Below are positions 61,470-64,000 of a stretch of 64,000 bases of DNA, piece by piece. The DNA lies in assembly GCA_018057455.1 (NCBI GenBank), contig JAGPDT010000006.1, positions 2,272 through 66,271 of the forward strand, read 5' to 3'. Position 1 is the first letter of the stretch; every line of letters begins with the position of its first letter. A program made the translations under genes and the position numbers. This DNA comes from Flavobacteriales bacterium. Lineage in GTDB: Bacteria; Bacteroidota; Bacteroidia; Flavobacteriales_F; PHOS-HE28. Below the pieces are notes generated by a model that had not been told where the DNA came from, did no database searches, and saw nothing but the letters and a program-made list of their open reading frames with translations.

Positions 61470-63185
61470 TCACTCCCGCTGCACCACCAATTTCCGCGTA
61501 GCGGCTTTCCCTTCTGCCTTCACGCGCACCACGTACACGCCGCATTCCCAGCCCACCACGGGCACTGTGATGTCCGCCGTTCCCGTTGCCGCATACTTCA
61601 GCTTCCCCAGCACGTCATATACGTGTACCACGGTTGGTTGGCCTGTGGTTGAATGTATGATGAAGTGGTCGGTGGCCGGATTGGGGGAAATCGTGAACTG
61701 AATGTCCCGATCGATCTCCCGCACCGCCGTGGCGCTGGTGTCCACCACCAAAAAGCTGCCCATCATGCCATCATCCTCGTGGTGCAGCAGGTGGCAGTGG
61801 TACATGTAGGGCGTGGCATCATCAGCGAAGGTGGTGAACTGGGTGATGAACTTGGCGCTGTCGCCGGGCATCACCACCACCACGTCCTTCCAGCCGGTTT
61901 CGCTGGCGGGCGGCGGCACTCCGCTCTTTTCAATGATGTTGAACTGGATGTCGTGCATGTGGAACGGATGCGCCACCAGGGTCTTGTTCACGATGGTCCA
62001 GACCTCCACGGCATTCAGCGGGACCACCTCGTTGATGCTGTCCATGCTGAAGGTGTGGCCGTTCAACCCGAAGGGTCCGTGCGCCCGGTTGGGCGTATCC
62101 ATCGCCAGCAGGCGCAGGGTGTCCATGACGATGGTGCGCTGGTGGGTGGCGCTGGCCGTTTCGTAGGGCACGTAGGGCACGAGTGTAGCAGGAACGGTGG
62201 TGACAGGCGATGCGGTCGGCGCGACCACGTGGATCTGCAGCAGGCTGAAATCCGCGCCATTGAGGAAGTTGGCATGGTACTCATGGATGGTATCCGCGCC
62301 AGCACCCACGTTGGCGGCACCGTACACGCCGTCCGGCAGTTCGGAGGCGAAGCTCATGAGCTGCACGGATTGCCCCTGCATGCCGGTGAGGTCGAGCAGC
62401 ACCTCGGCACGCTCGCCGGGGCTGAGCATCAGGCGCGAAAGGGCGAGCGGTGCATCCTTCAGGCCGCCGTCCGTGGCGATCTGGTAGAAGGTTTGGCCAT
62501 TGCTGAAGCCGAAGTTCAGCGACCGCATGCTGTTGCCGTTGAGCAGGCGAAAGCGCAGCACTTGCGCAGGAGCATCGAATGCCGCGTGCAACGTGCCGTT
62601 CACCATCACAGCGGTGTCCATGTCCGTGGCGCTGGCGATCTGGGTGAGCACGTCGAAGGCGCGGGTCTGCACCGCGAGCGGGATGTCGTCCACGCCATAG
62701 GTGCGCGGCAAGTTGAGCGCTGCTTGGGCCTCGTCCTTCACCAGGAAGAAGCCCGCCAAGCCCATGGCCACTTGCCGCTCGGTTTGGCCCGCACCGTGCG
62801 GATGGTACCAATATGTACCGGCGTGGTTCCTCACGGTAAACGAAGGGCTCCAAGTGGCGCCCGGCGCGATGGGCTGGTGCGGACCGCCGTCGTTCATGGC
62901 GGACACATGCATGCCGTGCCAGTGCATGGTGGTGGCCATGGGCAGGTTGTTCGTCACGTTCAGTTGGATGCTGTCGCCGGTATGAACGATGATGGTGGGC
63001 CCCAGGAACGGCCCGTTGATGCCGTAAGTGGGCGTTGGTGTTCCATAGAAATCGCGGGTGCCGGTCTGCACGTCCAAGTTGAAGGAAGTGCCGGTGAGCG
63101 CCGGTGGAATGGCCAGTGGATTTTGGGCTTGTGCGGCCATGCTGGTGCATAACAGGATCGCGGGAATGCAGGTCTTCATTTGCAT
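61470..63185 (-). CDS. multicopper oxidase (laccase/CueO-like) with T9SS C-terminal sorting domain
   Basis: All four copper motifs are present: HWHGMH, WYHPHG, HPFHMHD and YHCHLLHHEDDGMMG. The Por tail reads FTISPNPATDHFIIHS...GVYVVRVKAEGKAATRKLVVQRE. An alternative ATG at 63179 forms an ATGA overlap with the upstream stop. Confidence 0.88.
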   Translation of the reverse strand: MQMKTCIPAILLCTSMAAQAQNPLAIPPALTGTSFNLDVQTGTRDFYGTPTPTYGINGPFLGPTIIVHTGDSIQLNVTNNLPMATTMHWHGMHVSAMNDGGPHQPIAPGATWSPSFTVRNHAGTYWYHPHGAGQTERQVAMGLAGFFLVKDEAQAALNLPRTYGVDDIPLAVQTRAFDVLTQIASATDMDTAVMVNGTLHAAFDAPAQVLRFRLLNGNSMRSLNFGFSNGQTFYQIATDGGLKDAPLALSRLMLSPGERAEVLLDLTGMQGQSVQLMSFASELPDGVYGAANVGAGADTIHEYHANFLNGADFSLLQIHVVAPTASPVTTVPATLVPYVPYETASATHQRTIVMDTLRLLAMDTPNRAHGPFGLNGHTFSMDSINEVVPLNAVEVWTIVNKTLVAHPFHMHDIQFNIIEKSGVPPPASETGWKDVVVVMPGDSAKFITQFTTFADDATPYMYHCHLLHHEDDGMMGSFLVVDTSATAVREIDRDIQFTISPNPATDHFIIHSTTGQPTVVHVYDVLGKLKYAATGTADITVPVVGWECGVYVVRVKAEGKAATRKLVVQRE

Positions 63186-63868
63186 GGGATCATGGGTTGG
63201 GTGGTGATAGTTGTACCGTCCGTCAAGGACATGAAATAGACCCCGTTGCTCCAGCCGGCGGTCGGTATCCGCAGCTGGCCACCGTTCAATGTTCCTGCTG
63301 CCATGATCCTTCCGGATCTGTCCATAATGCAGTATGGATGGATACCGGGCTTCAGCACGTTGATCAGAAAAGCATCTTGGGCGGGATCGGGGGAAACCGT
63401 GAACGCTTCTCCCCCGGTGGCCTCCCCTATTCCGGTGGCCTGCACGGTGAGCATGAACGTCAGCGTGTCCACGAGTCCTGGCGCGTCAATGTCCCACACG
63501 GCATAGCGGACCACCGCGGCCCCACCTTCCATGTGCGGCGTGATGTGCAGCAGTAAAAAGCCATAGTCTCCCGGAGCCACGGGTGCCATGCTTCCGCTGT
63601 CCAGCAGCGTGGTGTAGCAGGTTACGTTGTCACATACGTAGGCATCCCAGCCTTGAGGAACGCTTTCCTCCACCTTCCGCCAAGCCAAGTACAAACTGTC
63701 CGTCCCCGGATTCAGTTGCTGGATGCTGAGGGTTTCCAGATCTTCCAGCGCGCCGGTCATCGCGACCGTATCGCCCGGCAGGAGCACGTACGATTGGGCG
63801 GAGACGGACATGCACGATGCCAGCACCAACGCCGCTGAACAGGTCCGTATAGTCCGCACGGCACGCAT
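63176..63868 (-). CDS. secreted protein with T9SS C-terminal sorting domain (paralog-like to 34460-35227)
   Basis: Signal peptide, a VCDNVTCY Cys pair, VRYAVWDID...LTFMLTVQATGIGE, and the tail FTVSPDPAQDAFLINV...GVYFMSLTDG. Confidence 0.65.
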   Translation of the reverse strand: MRAVRTIRTCSAALVLASCMSVSAQSYVLLPGDTVAMTGALEDLETLSIQQLNPGTDSLYLAWRKVEESVPQGWDAYVCDNVTCYTTLLDSGSMAPVAPGDYGFLLLHITPHMEGGAAVVRYAVWDIDAPGLVDTLTFMLTVQATGIGEATGGEAFTVSPDPAQDAFLINVLKPGIHPYCIMDRSGRIMAAGTLNGGQLRIPTAGWSNGVYFMSLTDGTTITTQPMIPCK

Positions 63869-63909
63869 GGTTCAGGTCACGGCCCTCTTTGCCATTTGGT
63901 GCAGCTCCC

Positions 63910-64000
63910 TCATTCCAAGGATGGATGAAGCACGCACAGCTTCCGGATGCTCGTAGCCCCGTCCGCTGTGATCCGCACGAAGTAGAAGCCGTTCGGCCAA
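63910..64000 (-). CDS. 3-prime end of another T9SS-tagged protein (partial, N-terminus outside window)
   Basis: My translation of the minus strand gives ...WPNGFYFVRITADGATSIRKLCVLHPSLE followed by a stop at 63910-63912. This is a typical last strand of a Por secretion tail. Confidence 0.55.
   Translation of the reverse strand, partial: WPNGFYFVRITADGATSIRKLCVLHPSLE

Overview
The window is GC-rich (by eye above about 60 percent) and densely coding. It is almost certainly from a member of the Bacteroidota. Supporting this: sprA, at least five proteins with T9SS C-terminal sorting domains, an alternative complex III (ACIII) plus cytochrome oxidase block, and TAnnTTTG-type -7 promoter boxes. 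I saw no rRNA, tRNA, CRISPR array, transposase or integrase, although I could not run a tRNA or ncRNA scanner.

Gene order:
- 1-5 kb: kdsB (partial), a TonB-dependent receptor, dprA, deoC.
- 5-25 kb: a Wzx/Wzy-type surface-polysaccharide locus, described below.
- 25-35 kb: vanZ-like gene, gcvH, sprA (2415 aa), ruvA, a Sir2-family deacylase.
- 34.4-40.3 kb: T9SS cargo genes and an extracytoplasmic thiol-redox cluster (a thioredoxin-fold T9SS cargo, TlpA, a large beta-barrel candidate, an Omp28-like lipoprotein).
- 40.7-55.1 kb: queG, ruvB, then coxBA and actABCDEF, all on the minus strand.
- 55.3-60.6 kb: a SPOR protein, then rimP-nusA-infB.
- 60.7-64 kb: a HepT/MntA toxin-antitoxin pair, a T9SS-tagged multicopper oxidase, and two more T9SS cargo genes (the last partial).

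The main finding is the roughly 20-kb polysaccharide locus. It carries five sulfotransferase genes of three sequence types, a dedicated cysC-cysD-cysN module for making the sulfate donor PAPS, an MBOAT O-acyltransferase with a putative partner, and a Wzc-like protein that has lost its kinase motifs. Only two glycosyltransferases and one initiating phosphotransferase are present. This predicts a heavily sulfated, O-acylated glycan.

Gene starts were adjusted by hand where the ORF track began at TTG or GTG codons or at upstream in-frame extensions. All functional calls rest on motif recognition in my own reading of the translations, not on database searches.
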